From the NCBI GenBank assembly GCA_030704615.1, contig CM060731.1, positions 27,900,001 through 27,964,000 on the forward strand: a stretch of DNA of 64,000 nt, given 5' to 3'. Below the pieces are notes generated by a model. It saw nothing but the letters and a program-made list of their open reading frames with translations. It ran no database searches and was not told where the DNA came from. Of this stretch, positions 61,339 to 64,000 are shown one piece after another; position 1 is the stretch's first letter, and each line of letters begins with the position of its first letter. Position numbers and translations under genes: made by a program. The stretch comes from Takakia lepidozioides. Taxonomy: Eukaryota; Plantae; Bryophyta.

Positions 61339-64000
61339 GCTCTCGTCGCCAACTAACACTGCATCTGGGCATGTTACCAGTAATTATGTGCCAAACACGT
61401 AGCAAGGCCCACTGCCTTGGGGCGGTGACTGAGTACTTTTCCGTCTCTGTCCAGGTTGTCCCCATCTATATATTTCTGAAGGCATGGAGGCTAGCAAGAC
61501 ATCGGTGGATGCCAATAGGGAGGCACGCATGTGTCATCTTCGGAGTAGGTGGACTGTCTTGGATTGGGTTCTACATCCGGTGGGCTTGACTTCGGATCCC
61601 ACTCTACAGGTGCAAGATGGGAGCGCAACAGTACTCTGTATGCTATGGCAGTTACCAAAGTGTTGATTTTTAGAGGTGGTGAGAATATCAGGCTATGTAC
61701 TCCAGAGCCATATGTTGAGAAGGCACGATTATGTGGATCTTGCAGCCTCAAAGTTGCACAGCTTCAGAAATCTGTAGTTGTGAGTGGTTTTTATAGTAGG
61801 TACCATCTGATTTTATGAGCTGCTATTCTTGCTTCGCAAAGGCAGGCAATCAGAGTTTGTCACAAAGAAGTGTCCAAGCTTTTTTTCAAGGAAGGGTTTT
61901 ACTATTGTGAACTGACAGCTGCGAGGAGGGGCTGGAAGTGGCACGGTGTCAATGCAGTTGAAATTCAATACTTGTAGGCCTGCTCGTTCATCCAATCATC
62001 AACGCAGTGGTTTCGAGTTATGACACAACAGAGGGAAAAAACCAGGACATATTATGAAATTAAGACTCATCTTGTAGTAGGGTTCGTGGCACTGCACTCC
62101 AGGTTGGTCTTACGCAACCCCAAGGCTGTCACTGAAAGCCTATGTGTCCTCGGTTTTGATCTGTTGCAGTGGGTACAAAGCAAACTCTATGGCCATATGG
62201 AGCTTCATTGACAAAGGAGGATTTCATATCTAGCTAACTGGGCAGAGCGCCGAGTTCCAAGATAAAAGCCACCTTTCATGCATAAGGTTTTGTCTGGTTT
62301 CTGTAAGGAGCCTTACAAGCAAAGTGCCCACCACCTTTCAATGCTAACTAGGTACATTTTCGTTTGGTAATTGCATACAGGAAGGATTCCTGCCCTCCCC
62401 GCTTTCGAGTGAGTTCGCACAGGGCTACTGGTATCCTTTAAGCCCATAATCCTGTACTTGCTGGATTTTGAACTGTGGAATTGCTCACACAGGGTGTTCT
62501 GAGAATGTCCAGGCTGGGCATGATATTCAGGATTTTTCTTAGATTATGCTTGGGTGCTACTGGTACATTTCCAGTAGGACAAATTATTCTCCTGTGCGAC
62601 CTCCGTCACACGATGTGCTTTCATCATAACTTCCGGTTACCATCTGTCTGTTCTGATAGTATCACTTATCTATGAGAAATTGGTGAGGAGGTGAACAACT
62701 TATGAGGGCGAATGATTTGAGTAGGGTGGATATGCCTATTTCCTTGGAAATAAGCACTGCTGTCAGCAGACAGAATTTTTGCATGGGACCAATTGTGTCT
62801 TGAAGGCATTTGCATCCTTATTCAGTGTGAATAAAGACAAATGTTTTTTGGATTATGTATGAAGAAGTTATGAATTTCTTACAATCTATAAGCGATCCTA
62901 GGGTGGGGTTATAAGTCATAGCTGGTGTTGTGCAGCACACTGAATAAGTGGGGGCAAAACTACAGCAGAGTTTCATGAACTAAAAAGATGTTTAGGGATC
63001 GTAACCTGGCAGGCTGTGTAACTGGAGTGGAATGTGATCCAGAACTCAACAAGGCAGCTGTCATGTTTGCACACTGTCACTATTGACAGCTTTGTAGCTG
63101 TGATGGGTTAGTGATTTGGAAATCCAAGCACTGCCAAGCATGCCTCTGTTTGTGTAATAGGGAGGGAGGGAGGACGAGGAGAGTAAGAGCAAAAGTACGA
63201 AAACAAGTGAATGTGCAGTGGTGAACCCTAAAACAAAATTGCAACAAACTTCAAACTTCAAACAGAGAGCCAAGTAATGTCAAGATTATGAATTCCACCT
63301 CCATCTCTCTCCCCTAGACTTGCGTAGAGCTGCAGGGATGTTGATCCTTGCTCATACTGCATCTCCAGTCTGCAATGCATTACACAAGTGGAGGGCAAGC
63401 TGGTGAAGATGACAAGGAGCCTCTGCCCTTTAGAAACACATCACAGGTGGACAACGAATGTCTCAAATAGCCCAAACGGACGTCAAACCGAGGGACGGAA
63501 GTATGAAGAACGAAAAGGAACGAAAATTGGGCCTTGTCGTCTTTGCTGCACCTATGAGCCTGGGCGAGCCCACAGATCATTCTCGAGATGGCCAAGAGCA
63601 TGGATCTGGAATGATGAGCAGAGGCAAGGGGAAGCGTCCGTTTATCAGCCATGTCGGCATTAGATCCATTCTATTTGGTGAAGGAAGAGATCCAAGACTC
63701 TGTATGCGCTCTCACCTTTTTTCTGTCTGTGTCTCGGTAGTTGAGTGTTTGTGCATTATGGGAGTGTGCAGTAGCTACGTTTAAGTTCGTGGCACCAGTA
63801 ATTAGGAATTGCAGAAGGTGTTCGAAAACATGAGATGAACGTACCTCGACTGGTGCAAATCTAAGCTCAAAGTTTTGCATGTTTCTGAAATTCGTAGGTA
63901 AGAAGGCCTTACCTACATTAGCTATGGGAATTGGCTGTGGGACGAAATTCAGAGATCAAAGTGGCACAAGAACTGTATAGCCAGAGGCAGTAAAATAGGA

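Noticed and set aside
63380-63880. Several overlapping short ORFs at the window end
   Set aside because: No recognisable motifs or splice structure.

Overview
This is eukaryotic land-plant nuclear DNA with spliceosomal GT-AG introns, a PLS-DYW PPR gene and YSL transporters. The repeat complement suggests a non-seed plant, probably a moss (inference). There are seven apparently intact genes: a PLS-E-DYW RNA-editing PPR (13427-15487 +), two tandem Yellow Stripe-Like transporters (18018-23375 - and 37866-43473 -), an ACP5-type purple acid phosphatase (45209-48885 +), an intronless secreted At4g14100/ependymin-like protein (49765-50613 -) head-to-head with prohibitin (51028-51870 +), and an At2g44870-like plastid protein (57405-61338 +). 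There is one cytosolic tRNA-Leu(UAG). The first 12.5 kb is decayed. An SF3B3 pseudogene is split by an ~8.8-kb composite insertion (truncated Ty1/copia plus an APE-RT LINE) and carries a ~150-bp inverted duplication, and an mTERF4 pseudogene follows it. The 24-37 kb spacer between the YSL genes is mostly TE remnants: tRNA-derived SINEs, a TTAA/CCC..GGG piggyBac-like element, an old copia, Helitron-like repeats and Tourist-like MITEs. A hAT remnant lies at 54-56 kb. The best leads are a possible UGA-C readthrough extension with a stem-loop on the ependymin-like gene, the SF3B3-derived hairpin, a type-II membrane PAP with an acidic dileucine signal, the piggyBac-like element, and a poly(A)-less LINE family with a 3x47-aa KVYTRR repeat whose 3' ends recur in local introns. 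Exon boundaries and alignments were made by eye. Family assignments come from motif recognition, not database searches.
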